Assembly (NCBI GenBank): GCA_036497565.1 | Contig: DASXJE010000257.1 | Location: 12,532 to 76,531, forward strand | Source: Mycobacteriales bacterium | Lineage (GTDB): Bacteria; Actinomycetota; Actinomycetes; Mycobacteriales; QHCD01 | Reading direction: 5' to 3' | Length of the DNA stretch: 64,000 nucleotides | Shown here: one piece after another, positions 32,268 to 44,108 of the stretch | Position numbering within the stretch: the stretch's first letter is position 1 | Layout: each line of letters begins with the position of its first letter | Translations under genes and position numbers: made by a program | The notes under the pieces: generated by a model | Told to the model about the DNA's origin: nothing | Database searches by the model: none | The model's input: only the letters and a program-made list of their open reading frames with translations

Positions 32268-33317
32268 GTGACGCAGCCAGCGGGAACGGCGACGATGCAG
32301 CAGCGATTCGCCGCCCAATTGCTCTCGGGGCGACGTGCCCGCACGCCCGAGGAGGTCACCGACCGGCTGCTGGCCGTGCAGGCACAGGATCCGCGCGGGA
32401 TGCGCCTGGCGATCCGGGCGCGGTCCACCGGACTTCGGGCCGCCGATGTCGACGAGGCGCTGAACGCGCGGCGGTCGCTGGTGGTCAGCTGGCTCAACCG
32501 CGGGACCCTGCACCTCGTACGCCGCGAGGACTTCTGGTGGCTGCATGAGCTCACCACACCGCAACTGCTCACCAGTTGTTCCCGACGCCTCCGGCAGGAG
32601 GGTGTGAGCGCCGAGGCCGCCGAACGCGGCGTCGACGTAATCGCCCGGTCCGTCACCGGAGGGGCGGCGCTGACGCGACAGCAGTTGCGCGAGCGCATCA
32701 GTGCAGAGGGCGTGCGTACCGAGGGCCAGGCACTGCCGCACCTGCTGTTCCTCGCCACGCTGCGCGGCCTGATCGTGCGCGGGCCCATGGTCGGCGCCGA
32801 GCACGCGTTCGTCTCGGCGAAGGACTGGGTCGGTGCGCCGCCCGCCATCGACCGCGATGCCGCGCTGGCCTGCCTGGGCCGGCGATACCTGGCCGGGCAC
32901 GGTCCCGCGACAGCGGAGGATCTGGCGCGCTGGGCGGGGCTCCGTCTCGGCGACGCGCGTACGGCGATCGAGTCCGTCGACGGCCTGCTCCGACGAGACG
33001 ACGGTCTGGTCGATCTGCCCGGCCGGCGCCGTACCGCGTCGACACCCCCGCCGCGACTGCTCGGCGCCTTCGATCCGGTGCTGCTCGGCTGGACGTCGCG
33101 GGAGTCGATCGTCGGAGCCCACCACGACCTGGTCACCAGCAATGGCGTGTTCCGGCCGTTCGCCCTGGTGGGCGGGCGGGCGGCCGCGAAGTGGCGGCTG
33201 GTCGACGGCCGGGTCGAGGTGACGCAGTTCGACGACCTCGATCCCGACGACTCCGCCGCACTCGCGAAGGACGCCACCGCCGTCACCCGGTTCCTCGCAG
33301 TCCGCCCCGGGTCGTGA
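32268..33317 (+). CDS. AlkZ-like (HTH_42) DNA glycosylase family protein
   Basis: LAVQAQD, WLNRGTLHLV, GPATAEDLARWAG, RLLGAFDPVLLG; TAACAT 7 nt before GTG. Confidence 0.82.
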   Translation: MTQPAGTATMQQRFAAQLLSGRRARTPEEVTDRLLAVQAQDPRGMRLAIRARSTGLRAADVDEALNARRSLVVSWLNRGTLHLVRREDFWWLHELTTPQLLTSCSRRLRQEGVSAEAAERGVDVIARSVTGGAALTRQQLRERISAEGVRTEGQALPHLLFLATLRGLIVRGPMVGAEHAFVSAKDWVGAPPAIDRDAALACLGRRYLAGHGPATAEDLARWAGLRLGDARTAIESVDGLLRRDDGLVDLPGRRRTASTPPPRLLGAFDPVLLGWTSRESIVGAHHDLVTSNGVFRPFALVGGRAAAKWRLVDGRVEVTQFDDLDPDDSAALAKDATAVTRFLAVRPGS

Positions 33318-33460
33318 CGTTCAAGCCAAATGAGTGGGCAAGGAGCTGTCACCCAGGGTGATGTAGCGGCGCGATTTCTGTACGCCTCGTAGTCAAATCG
33401 CGGTGGGCCGGGCTACCGTCCGGGCATCTTTTCGAGCGGTGTTTCGGGCGGACACCCAAC

Positions 33461-34420
33461 ATGGGGGGTCTCACGATGCAACACGTGCTGGCTCGGCTGC
33501 GGCCGAGCATGGGGGTCCTGATCACCGGCGGCGCCGTCATCCTCGCGGGCGGGGTGTTCGCCACTCCGGCCGCGGCGGCGCCCCGGCAGGCCCCGGCCCA
33601 CGCGGGCGCCGACGCCCAGGTCACCGTCGTCCACGGGGTACGCGGCCTGCTGGCCGACGTCTCGGTGGACGGCAAGCCGGTACTCAGCTCGTTCTCGCCC
33701 GAGCGGATCACCGACCCGCTGCCCCTTCCGCCCGGCCGGCACACCGTGCAGGTACGCCGGCACGGGGACACCACCGGAGCGCCCATCGTGGCGGGCACGC
33801 TGACGGTCCCCGCCGGCGCGCACCTCACGGTGGCGGTGGGACTGAACGAGCACGGCGGCCCGGTCATGACGGCCTACCGGGACGACGACCTCGCCAACCT
33901 CCTGCCTGACGGGAAGGGCTCGGCCATCGTCGTCCGCGACGTCGCCGACGCGCCGAAGCTGCGCGTCACCGTCGGGAACGGCGCGTTGGCCCCGGTGGTC
34001 TCGCCCGGTCAGGTCAACACCACCGTCGGCGCAGGAACGCACACCGTCGCCGTGAAGTCCGCGTCGACCGGGTTGACGTTGATGCCGCCGGCACAGGTGC
34101 CGGTGCAGGCCGGGACCGTGACGGCGCTGTACCTCATCGGCTCCACGGGCGACAACAGCCTCGACTGGCTCGCCCAGACCATTCACCTGAGCAAGTCCGG
34201 CGTGCAACGCCACCCGGTGCTGGTAGACACCGGGAACAGCGGACTCGCCGCCGAGGCGCAGCCGGCCCGGGCGGCCGCGACGTCGGGCGGGTCGATCGGC
34301 GTCGCCGGCACGATCGGGCTGTCGGCGGCGGTGCTCGTCGGCGTGGGTGGCGCCCTCACCGTGTCCCGCCGGGCCGCTGGCCGCACCCACCGGGACCGCA
34401 CGCCCGGTGACACCTCCTGA
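33461..34420 (+). CDS. DUF4397-like secreted protein with C-terminal sorting signal
   Basis: Signal peptide, VTVVHGV..VDV-type repeats, VDTG + TM helix + basic tail. Confidence 0.78.
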   Translation: MGGLTMQHVLARLRPSMGVLITGGAVILAGGVFATPAAAAPRQAPAHAGADAQVTVVHGVRGLLADVSVDGKPVLSSFSPERITDPLPLPPGRHTVQVRRHGDTTGAPIVAGTLTVPAGAHLTVAVGLNEHGGPVMTAYRDDDLANLLPDGKGSAIVVRDVADAPKLRVTVGNGALAPVVSPGQVNTTVGAGTHTVAVKSASTGLTLMPPAQVPVQAGTVTALYLIGSTGDNSLDWLAQTIHLSKSGVQRHPVLVDTGNSGLAAEAQPARAAATSGGSIGVAGTIGLSAAVLVGVGGALTVSRRAAGRTHRDRTPGDTS

Positions 34421-35144
34421 CCCGGTGCCTTCAGGCCGGACCGCAGTAAGGCGATGGCGCCGGCCGGCGGCGCTGGCCGTCGCCGCCGTCGTCCTCGCCG
34501 TCGGTGGTGGGTTGGTGCTGGTCCACGAGACGGCTGGCCCGGCACAGCCGGCCGCCCGCGGATCCGCTCCAACCAGGTCGCCCACCGCCGTCCGGCACCA
34601 GCCGACGCCGCCGTCGCCGACGGCCGCCCGGCGGAGCTCCGGCGGCCTGGGGAGCCACCCGGCCCGGCTCACCGAATTGCAGGCCAGGGCGGCGCGGATA
34701 CCCGCCCGGCTGGTCGTTCCCGCGCTCGACGTCGACGCGCCCGTCCTCGCGGTCGGCACCGACCGGGCGACGGGTGAGATGCAGGTGCCGCCGAACGTCC
34801 GCACCGTGGCGTGGTGGTCCTACGGCGCCCGCCCGGGTGACCCGCACGGAACGACCGTCCTCGCCGCGCACGTGGACTACAACGGTGCCTACGGGCTCTT
34901 CTTCCACCTCGCGGAGCTGTCGCCCGGCCACCGGTTCGCCGTCGTGAGCGCCGACGGGTCGCGGCGGACCTACCGCATCGTCTCCAACCGCCGGGTGCCG
35001 AAACCCGCGCTGCGCGGGCAGGATCTGTTCCGCACCACCGGCCCGTCCCGGCTCGCGCTGGTCACCTGCGGCGGCGGCTTCGACCGGGCGCGGCGGTCCT
35101 ACCTGGACAACGTGATCGCGCTCGCCGTACCCGTGGCCGGCTAG
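34407..35144 (+). CDS. Class F sortase
   Basis: N-terminal TM, PGDPHGTTVLAAHVD, LALVTCGGGFD, YLDNVI. Confidence 0.9.
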   Translation: MTPPDPVPSGRTAVRRWRRPAALAVAAVVLAVGGGLVLVHETAGPAQPAARGSAPTRSPTAVRHQPTPPSPTAARRSSGGLGSHPARLTELQARAARIPARLVVPALDVDAPVLAVGTDRATGEMQVPPNVRTVAWWSYGARPGDPHGTTVLAAHVDYNGAYGLFFHLAELSPGHRFAVVSADGSRRTYRIVSNRRVPKPALRGQDLFRTTGPSRLALVTCGGGFDRARRSYLDNVIALAVPVAG

Positions 35145-36151
35145 ACCGCCGCGGTCCGGCGACGGTCGATCGCCACGAGCAGCACGGTCAGCCCGAGCAG
35201 CCCCACCGAGACCCCGGCCCCGATGGCGATCGTGGCGGTGTCACTGAGATCGTGCGGCGGCGGTGCGGGCGGGCCGGCGATCCGGATCGCCTCCTCCGCC
35301 CGCACGTTCTGGGCACTGACCGCGAGGGTCACCGACGGCACCGCACCGGCGGGGAGGCGGAAGGACACCTCGTATTCGGCCAGTAGCCCGTGGGCGACCC
35401 GGTCGACGGCGGCGGCGACCTCGCCCGGCGACTTACCGGTGACGAGGCTGCCGCCCGTACCCCGGGCGACCGCGGCGAGTCCGGCCCCGCACCCGGTGCC
35501 CGCCCCGATGACGTCGAGCTGCTGACCGGCGACCGACAGCGCGTTGGCGAGTTGCTGGTCGTCGGAGGCGGGATCATCCCGAGGGCAGGCGGTCAGGACG
35601 ACGAACTCCCGCCGCGCGGTCGCCGGCCGGGTCAGCGCGACGCTGGTCAGCCCGCCGTCCATCGGCGAGGCCGAAAACCGGGTCGTGCCGGCGATAGCCG
35701 CCTCGGCCTCGGCCCGGCCGGTCGGTCGGATGGTCGCCGTCGCGTCGTCGTAGACATGCACCGGCACCCCGGCGGGCAGCGAGTGCACCAGCTCGGCGGC
35801 CGCCGCCTGCTCCTCGCTCAGCGCGGCAGCGCTGACGGCACGGTTGAGCACGAGCACGACCTCGAGGTGACCGTCGGCCAGCCGGACCGCGGTCGTCGGC
35901 AGCCGCCGGTCGCCGCGACGCGCCGAGAAGGACCCGGCCGGAAGGGAGAGCTCGGAGAGCATGTCCGGTGCGACCGCGATCGCGGTGACACCAGGCAGCC
36001 GCGACCGGTCGACCGTGAGCACCCGCAGGTCGCCAGCGCCATCCCCGTGCGGCGCCGCCCACGCCCCGGGCGCGGACAACCACCACACCGTCGCGACGAG
36101 CACGGCCAGGGCCGGCCATCGGTGCCCACGAGAACCCGCTGTACGCCGCAT
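35141..36151 (-). CDS. Hypothetical surface protein, possible degenerate vWA-like domain
   Basis: Signal peptide, LEVVLVLNRAVS, Pro-rich linker, C-terminal TM + RRR. Confidence 0.55.
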   Translation of the reverse strand: MRRTAGSRGHRWPALAVLVATVWWLSAPGAWAAPHGDGAGDLRVLTVDRSRLPGVTAIAVAPDMLSELSLPAGSFSARRGDRRLPTTAVRLADGHLEVVLVLNRAVSAAALSEEQAAAAELVHSLPAGVPVHVYDDATATIRPTGRAEAEAAIAGTTRFSASPMDGGLTSVALTRPATARREFVVLTACPRDDPASDDQQLANALSVAGQQLDVIGAGTGCGAGLAAVARGTGGSLVTGKSPGEVAAAVDRVAHGLLAEYEVSFRLPAGAVPSVTLAVSAQNVRAEEAIRIAGPPAPPPHDLSDTATIAIGAGVSVGLLGLTVLLVAIDRRRTAAV

Positions 36152-36423
36152 GGCGGCCCCCCACTTCCGATCCCGCCCGGGTCGACGCCCGGGCTGTCGA
36201 CCGGGTACGCGAGCCCACCCTCGTCCGCCGACACGCTGCGTACAAGCTTTTTGCCTTCACCACTACAGAGCGTCATTGGACCGGTACCGCACGGTGTGGC
36301 CGGGCGGACGGACAAATCGCCGGTATGCCCAAAGCGAAACCGCGGCCCGCGCGGGAATCGTCGACCGGGGCCACGCCTTAGACACCACACAACATGAATA
36401 GGCACGATCTTGAGGGGGCCCTG

Positions 36424-38778
<2,355 letters not shown>

Positions 38779-38791
38779 CCGCCGCCGACGG

Positions 38792-39217
38792 TCACGCCTC
38801 GGGCGGCGATACCTGCCCGGCGTCGCGCGGCGCCTCATCCGCCGCGCGGCGCGAGGGCGGGCGGGGCAACGGTGTCCGCTGCCGGGTCGCGACCAGCACC
38901 GCATAGCGGTAGAGGAAGTAGTCGAGCTCGCTCCGGGTCTGTTCCAGTGCCTGGACCCAGCCGACGAGGTCGGCGAGACCGTCGGCGGTCAGGTCGTAGG
39001 TGCGCCGCACCGGGCCGGCCGCCGAGCGGTCCCACCGGGACCGCACGAGCCCATCGTGCTCGAGCGAACGCAGGGCGCGGTAGACGCTGCCGGAGTCCTC
39101 GTCGCCGAGGCCGAGCGGAGCCAACCGGTCGACGAGGTCGTAGCCGTGATCGGCATGCTCACGTAACAGCAGGAGCAGGCAGGGCCGGAGGTAGTGCTTC
39201 GGCTCCGCACGGCTCAT
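38792..39217 (-). CDS. PadR family regulator (PhaQ-like)
   Basis: LLLLL..HGYDL, GSVYRALRSLE.DGLV.S.W, GPVRRTY.LT. Confidence 0.88.
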   Translation of the reverse strand: MSRAEPKHYLRPCLLLLLREHADHGYDLVDRLAPLGLGDEDSGSVYRALRSLEHDGLVRSRWDRSAAGPVRRTYDLTADGLADLVGWVQALEQTRSELDYFLYRYAVLVATRQRTPLPRPPSRRAADEAPRDAGQVSPPEA

Positions 39218-39311
39218 GGCGTCCCCCAGACGCTCCGGCCCTCACTCCCGAAGGCCGGCCGAGTATCTCATCGGGGGACGCCGCCCGGCAATGATCACCG
39301 GTGTCGACGAA

Positions 39312-40340
39312 TCAGGCCGAGCGCGAGCGCGACCAGAGGTCGATGCCGGCGTCGACGGCGTGCTGGTCGATCGCCTCGAGTTCCTCGGGGGTGAAGTCGA
39401 GGTGGTCGAGCGCGGCGACGTTCTGCTCGAGCTGTGCCACGCTGCTCGCACCGATCAACGCGCTGGTGACCCGGCTGTCACGCAGCGACCACGAGAGGGC
39501 CATCTGCGCGAGCGACTGGCCGCGGCTGTTCGCCATCTCGTTGAGCGCGCGCACGTGCGCGAGCGCGGAAGCGGTCAGCAGATCGGGCGACAGCGAGGTG
39601 CCCTGCGCCGCCCGGGAGTCCGCCGGAATGTCGCCGCCCAGGTATCGGTCGGTGAGCATGCCCTGCGCAAGCGGCGAGAAGGCGATGCACCCGATCCCCT
39701 CCTTGCCGAGGGTGTCGAGCAGGCTCTCCTCGATCCACCGGTTGAGCATCGAGTACGACGGCTGGTGGATCAGCAGCGGCGTCCCCATGCTGCGCAGGAT
39801 CCTCGCCGCCTCGGCGGTGCGGTCGGCGTTGTAGGACGAAATGCCGACGTACAAGGCCTTTCCCTGCTGCACCGCACTGTGCAACGCGCCCATCGTCTCC
39901 TCGAGCGGAGTCTCCGGGTCGAAACGGTGCGAGTAGAAGATGTCGACGTAGTCGACCCCCATCCGCGACAGGCTCTGGTCGAGGCTCGACAGCAGGTACT
40001 TGCGTGAGCCCCACTCACCGTACGGGCCCGGCCACATGTCGTAACCGGCCTTGGTCGACAGCAGCATCTCGTCGCGGTACGGCCTGAAGTCCTCGGCAAA
40101 GATCCGGCCGAAGTTGGTCTCCGCCGAGCCGTACGGCGGGCCGTAGTTGTTGGCCAGGTCGATGTGCGTGACACCGAGGTCGAACGCGCGGCGCAGGATC
40201 GCGCGCTGGGTGTCCAACGGCCGGTTGTGCCCGAAGTTGTGCCAGAGGCCGAGCGACACCGCGGGCAGCTTGACGCCGCTGCGCCCGCTCCGGCGGTAGA
40301 CCATGGACTCGTACCGCGAAGGATCTGCCTGATAGCTCAT
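39312..40340 (-). CDS. Aldo/keto reductase, L-glyceraldehyde-3-phosphate reductase (YghZ/Gpr) family
   Basis: SLGLWHNFG, DLANNYGPPYGSAE, STKAGYDMWPGPYG, YSHRFD; ATG 40340. Confidence 0.93.
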   Translation of the reverse strand: MSYQADPSRYESMVYRRSGRSGVKLPAVSLGLWHNFGHNRPLDTQRAILRRAFDLGVTHIDLANNYGPPYGSAETNFGRIFAEDFRPYRDEMLLSTKAGYDMWPGPYGEWGSRKYLLSSLDQSLSRMGVDYVDIFYSHRFDPETPLEETMGALHSAVQQGKALYVGISSYNADRTAEAARILRSMGTPLLIHQPSYSMLNRWIEESLLDTLGKEGIGCIAFSPLAQGMLTDRYLGGDIPADSRAAQGTSLSPDLLTASALAHVRALNEMANSRGQSLAQMALSWSLRDSRVTSALIGASSVAQLEQNVAALDHLDFTPEELEAIDQHAVDAGIDLWSRSRSA

Positions 40341-40386
40341 GGGACCTGAGTCTGGCACCGATGACCGACCGGCCAGACTGGGGGGC

Positions 40387-41064
40387 ATGACCCGCGTCGA
40401 GGCCACCGCACGCGCCGTCGTCTTCGACCTCGACGGCACCCTGGTCGACTCCGAACCGCTGCACGAGCGGGCGGCCCGCGAGACGCTGCTCGACTTCGGC
40501 ATCGACCCACCAGCGGGCGTCTTCGACGAGTTCATCGGGCAGCGGGTGGACGAGCTCACCGCGCAGCTCGCCGAACGCTACGACGTCCCGGCCGACGAAC
40601 TGCTGGCCGGGCGGGAGCGCAGGTTCTGGTCGCTGTTGGGCGCCCTGTCCCCGATGCCCGGTGCGGTGCCCTGTTTGGACCGGCTCCGCGCGCAGGGCAC
40701 GGTGCTCGCCGTGGCGACGTCGGCGACCCGGCCGTACCTGGACGACGTCCTGGACCGCTTCGGCTGGCGCGAGACGTTCGTCGCCGTCGTGTGTGGCGAC
40801 GACGTCACCGCCGGCAAGCCCGACCCGGAGACCTACCTCCGCGTGGCCGACCGGCTCGGCCGCGCACCCACCGGCTGTCTCGTCGTGGAGGACAGCCCGC
40901 GCGGCTGCGCGGCCGGAGTCGCAGCGGGTTCGGACGTCGTCGTCGTCGACCATGCCCGGCGACCGCCCGACGTCTATCCCGGTGCGCGGTGGATAGTGCC
41001 GGATCTCGAGGCCGCCGGCGACCTGCTCGCCCGGAAGTCCCGCCGCGCCGGCGCCGGGCGATGA
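40387..41064 (+). CDS. HAD-superfamily phosphatase
   Basis: FDLDGTLVDSE, ATS, GKPDP, VEDS..G. Confidence 0.9.
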   Translation: MTRVEATARAVVFDLDGTLVDSEPLHERAARETLLDFGIDPPAGVFDEFIGQRVDELTAQLAERYDVPADELLAGRERRFWSLLGALSPMPGAVPCLDRLRAQGTVLAVATSATRPYLDDVLDRFGWRETFVAVVCGDDVTAGKPDPETYLRVADRLGRAPTGCLVVEDSPRGCAAGVAAGSDVVVVDHARRPPDVYPGARWIVPDLEAAGDLLARKSRRAGAGR

Positions 41065-41804
41065 CGAGCTCGCACGAGCAGGACGGCCACCTGCCGCGCG
41101 TGGCCGCGATCGTGCTGGCCGGCGGGTCCGGGACCCGGTTCGGCGGCGGGGCCAACAAGGTCTATCTCCCGCTCGCGGGCGAGCATCTGATCACCTGGTC
41201 GTTGCGGGCGATGGCGGCCCTGCCCGGGCTGGTCCGCCTCGTGCTGGTGATCCGCGACGAGGACCGCGCCATGGCGCGGGCGCTGCTCGACGCCGAGCCG
41301 GCACCAGTCGCGGTCGACCTGGTCGACGGCGGCGCGACCCGGCACGAGTCGGAGTACCACGCGCTGCGGACGCTCGCCCCCGCCGTCGCCGCCGGTGCGG
41401 TCGAGGTCGTCGTCATCCATGACGGCGCCCGCCCACTGCCGTCTCCGGGCCTCGTGCGTGCCGTGGTCGACACGGCCGCGCGGCAAGGCGGCGCCGTACC
41501 CGGGATCCCGGCCGGCGACCTGGTCGAGGTGGCCGACGACGCCACCGTGCGGCGCCGGCTCGGCACCGACCACGTCCGGGTGCAGACACCGCAGGCGTTC
41601 GCCGCCGGGCCATTGCTCGCGGCGTACGACGCGGCCGCCGCCGACGGCTTCACCGGCACCGACACCTCGGCGTGCGTGCAGCGCTACTCGCAGGCGTCGG
41701 TCCGCTGGGTGCCCGGCGAGGTCGACAACATCAAGGTGACGCTGCCGGCCGACCTCGCGCAGGCGGAGGCCATCATCCGGCGCAGGTCGGACCGCCCGGA
41801 CTGA
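41061..41804 (+). CDS. IspD/TarI-like cytidylyltransferase
   Basis: LAGGSGTRFG..NK, GGATRHES, IHDGARP, VQTPQAF, NIKVT. Confidence 0.85.
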   Translation: MTSSHEQDGHLPRVAAIVLAGGSGTRFGGGANKVYLPLAGEHLITWSLRAMAALPGLVRLVLVIRDEDRAMARALLDAEPAPVAVDLVDGGATRHESEYHALRTLAPAVAAGAVEVVVIHDGARPLPSPGLVRAVVDTAARQGGAVPGIPAGDLVEVADDATVRRRLGTDHVRVQTPQAFAAGPLLAAYDAAAADGFTGTDTSACVQRYSQASVRWVPGEVDNIKVTLPADLAQAEAIIRRRSDRPD

Positions 41805-41814
41805 TCCCGCGACC

Positions 41815-43734
41815 TCAGTGCAGGTGCCGCGACCACCAGTCGAGGATCGCGTCGAACCGCGCCAGCCGGTGGCTCGGCAGACCCGAGCGGGACAGCTCGT
41901 GTCCCTCGCCGGGGAAGAGCAGCAACTCGGTCTCGACACCGCGCAGCTTGAGCGCCACGAAGAGCCGCTGCGCCTGCTCGACCGGACACCGCCAGTCCTG
42001 CTCGGAGTGCACGATCAGCAGCGGCGTGTTGATCTGGTCGACGTAGGTGAGCGGGCTCTGCCTGCGCTGCTGCTCGGCATCCGCGCCGTACATCTCGTCG
42101 CCGAAGAACCAGCCGATGTCGCTGGAGCCGGTGAAACTGTCGATCGCGTTGACCGCGCGCTCGCTGATGCCGGCCCGGAACCGGTCGGTGTGGCCGACCA
42201 GCCAGCTGGTCATGAATCCGCCGTGCGACCCGCCGTGCACTCCGACCCGGTCGGCGTCGAGGCCGGGTTGCTGCAGAGCCCGGTCGAGCAGCGCGAGCAG
42301 ATCGGCGGCGGAGCGCTCGCCGACGTCGCCGCGGACGGCCCGGCCGTGCACCTCGCCGTAGCCGGAGGAGCCGCGCGGATTGCCCATCACCACGGCGTAT
42401 CCGGCGCCGGCGTAGACCTGCGCCTCGTCGAGGAGGGTCCATCCGTACTGGCTGAACGGGCCGCCGTGGATCAGCAGCAGCACCGGATGCGGACCGTCGC
42501 CGGCGGGTCGGACGAGCCAGCCGTGCACCGGGTATCCATCCGGCGCGGTCGCGGTCAGCTCCTGAGGCGTGAACAGGTCCGCGCCGGCCGTCATCGCCGC
42601 GCCGAAGTCGGTGAGCACCCGCTCCTTGCCGTCCTGCAGCGCGACCAGTTCACCGGCGTTGCCGCCGTCGGCGACCGTCGCGACGACCGTGCCGGCGGCG
42701 GCGTCGAACGCCGTCACCATGCGCGGTCCGTCGAGCAGGGACGTGACCGGGCCACCGTCGAATGGCACCCGCAGCAACTCGATCGAACCGCGCCGCTCGT
42801 TGCCGAAGAGCACGCCGTCGGGTGTGACGACCGTGCGGCCGGTGCCGTCGCCGGAGTTGAACTCCTCGGCGTCGGTGAGCCGTCGCGATTTCCCCGATCC
42901 GTCCGACGGTACGGCGAACAGGCCGCGGTTGCGGCCGGCGAAGTCGCGCCCCGTCGGGCCGAGGTCCTCGGCCACGAAGAAGACCGTCTGTCCGTCCGGT
43001 GAGTAGGCGGGCTGGCCCGCGTCGAGCGTCGTGTCGGTGATGCGGTGCAGGTCGGAGCCGTCCGGTCGGCAGACGAACACGTCGCTGCGCATATCGAGCT
43101 CGGCGTTCTCGTGCCGACGGGAGATGAAGGCCAGTAGCGACCCGTCGGGGCTCCAGGTCACATCGGAGTCGTCGAAATCACCGGCCGTCACCTGGACCGG
43201 CTCCGGCTCGTCGGCGAACGGGTCGACCACGAAGACATGGGGCCGGCGGTCGGTGAGGAAGCCGACACCGTCCCGGCGATACTCCAGCGTCGTGATCCGG
43301 CGCGGCCGCTCCTTGTCCGGCGTCACCCCCTCCGTGGTGCCGTACCGGCCGTCCTCGGGCACCCGGGCGCAGTAGGCCAGCGCGCCGGAGTCGGGCCGCC
43401 ACTGTGCGGGGCCGGCGCCGAGGGGGTGGTCGGTGACCTGCCGCGGCTCGCCGCCGTCGGTCGGCATGACGTAGAGCTGCGGCTTGCCGTCCTTGACCTT
43501 CCGGACGAACGCGAGAAACCGACCGTCGGGCGAGAAGCGCGGCCCGGCGTCGCTGCGGCCCTGGGTCAGCTGGCGCGGTGGCTCGTCGCCGTCGATGTGA
43601 ACCAACCAGAGCTGGCTGACGTATTCATCCTCGTCGAGATCTGGTCGGGCGACGGTGACGACGGCGCGGGAGCCGTCGGGCGAGAGCGTCGGCAGGCCGG
43701 GGATGCGGAGGAGACCGAGGTCGGCAGGCTTCAT
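41815..43734 (-). CDS. S9 family (prolyl oligopeptidase/acylaminoacyl) peptidase
   Basis: Beta-propeller repeats, IHGGP, GGSHGG nucleophile, QDWRC, GEGHELS. Confidence 0.92.
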   Translation of the reverse strand: MKPADLGLLRIPGLPTLSPDGSRAVVTVARPDLDEDEYVSQLWLVHIDGDEPPRQLTQGRSDAGPRFSPDGRFLAFVRKVKDGKPQLYVMPTDGGEPRQVTDHPLGAGPAQWRPDSGALAYCARVPEDGRYGTTEGVTPDKERPRRITTLEYRRDGVGFLTDRRPHVFVVDPFADEPEPVQVTAGDFDDSDVTWSPDGSLLAFISRRHENAELDMRSDVFVCRPDGSDLHRITDTTLDAGQPAYSPDGQTVFFVAEDLGPTGRDFAGRNRGLFAVPSDGSGKSRRLTDAEEFNSGDGTGRTVVTPDGVLFGNERRGSIELLRVPFDGGPVTSLLDGPRMVTAFDAAAGTVVATVADGGNAGELVALQDGKERVLTDFGAAMTAGADLFTPQELTATAPDGYPVHGWLVRPAGDGPHPVLLLIHGGPFSQYGWTLLDEAQVYAGAGYAVVMGNPRGSSGYGEVHGRAVRGDVGERSAADLLALLDRALQQPGLDADRVGVHGGSHGGFMTSWLVGHTDRFRAGISERAVNAIDSFTGSSDIGWFFGDEMYGADAEQQRRQSPLTYVDQINTPLLIVHSEQDWRCPVEQAQRLFVALKLRGVETELLLFPGEGHELSRSGLPSHRLARFDAILDWWSRHLH

Positions 43735-44004
43735 GCCGGGGACGCTAGCGCGCCGGCCGGACCCGCGCCGAGCGGGTATTGCCCGGCGGGCCGGGCACGG
43801 AATCTCCGCCGACCATGAACCGGATGGTCGCCGTGTGCGAACCATCCGGGGACCGCGGTGTCGTCTTGAGGGGACCGCCCGTTTTCTGTCCGGCCCAGAG
43901 CCAGGCGCCTGGGACGGGTGTCCAGGGCGGGACGGCGCCGCGGATCCCCCTACCGGCCGCCGACTATGGTCGCGCCCATGGCCGCTCCGCACTCTCGCGC
44001 TCCC

Positions 44005-44088
44005 TGGACAAAACCCACTACTAGTGGGTTTTGGTCCACGACACGCCGTACCAGCCGTCCAAAACCCACTACTAGTGGGTTTTGTCCA
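44005..44088. repeat. Inverted doublet of AT-rich palindromes (REP/BIME-like)
   Basis: AAAACCCACTA-C-TAGTGGGTTTT at 44010-44032 and 44061-44083; the 32-bp units match each other's reverse complement at 30/32. Confidence 0.85.
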
Positions 44089-44108
44089 CGCGGCGGCGGC
44101 GGTCGCGC

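Noticed and set aside
44005-44088. Mini CRISPR array
   Set aside because: Only two units, better described as inverted; no leader or cas genes in the window
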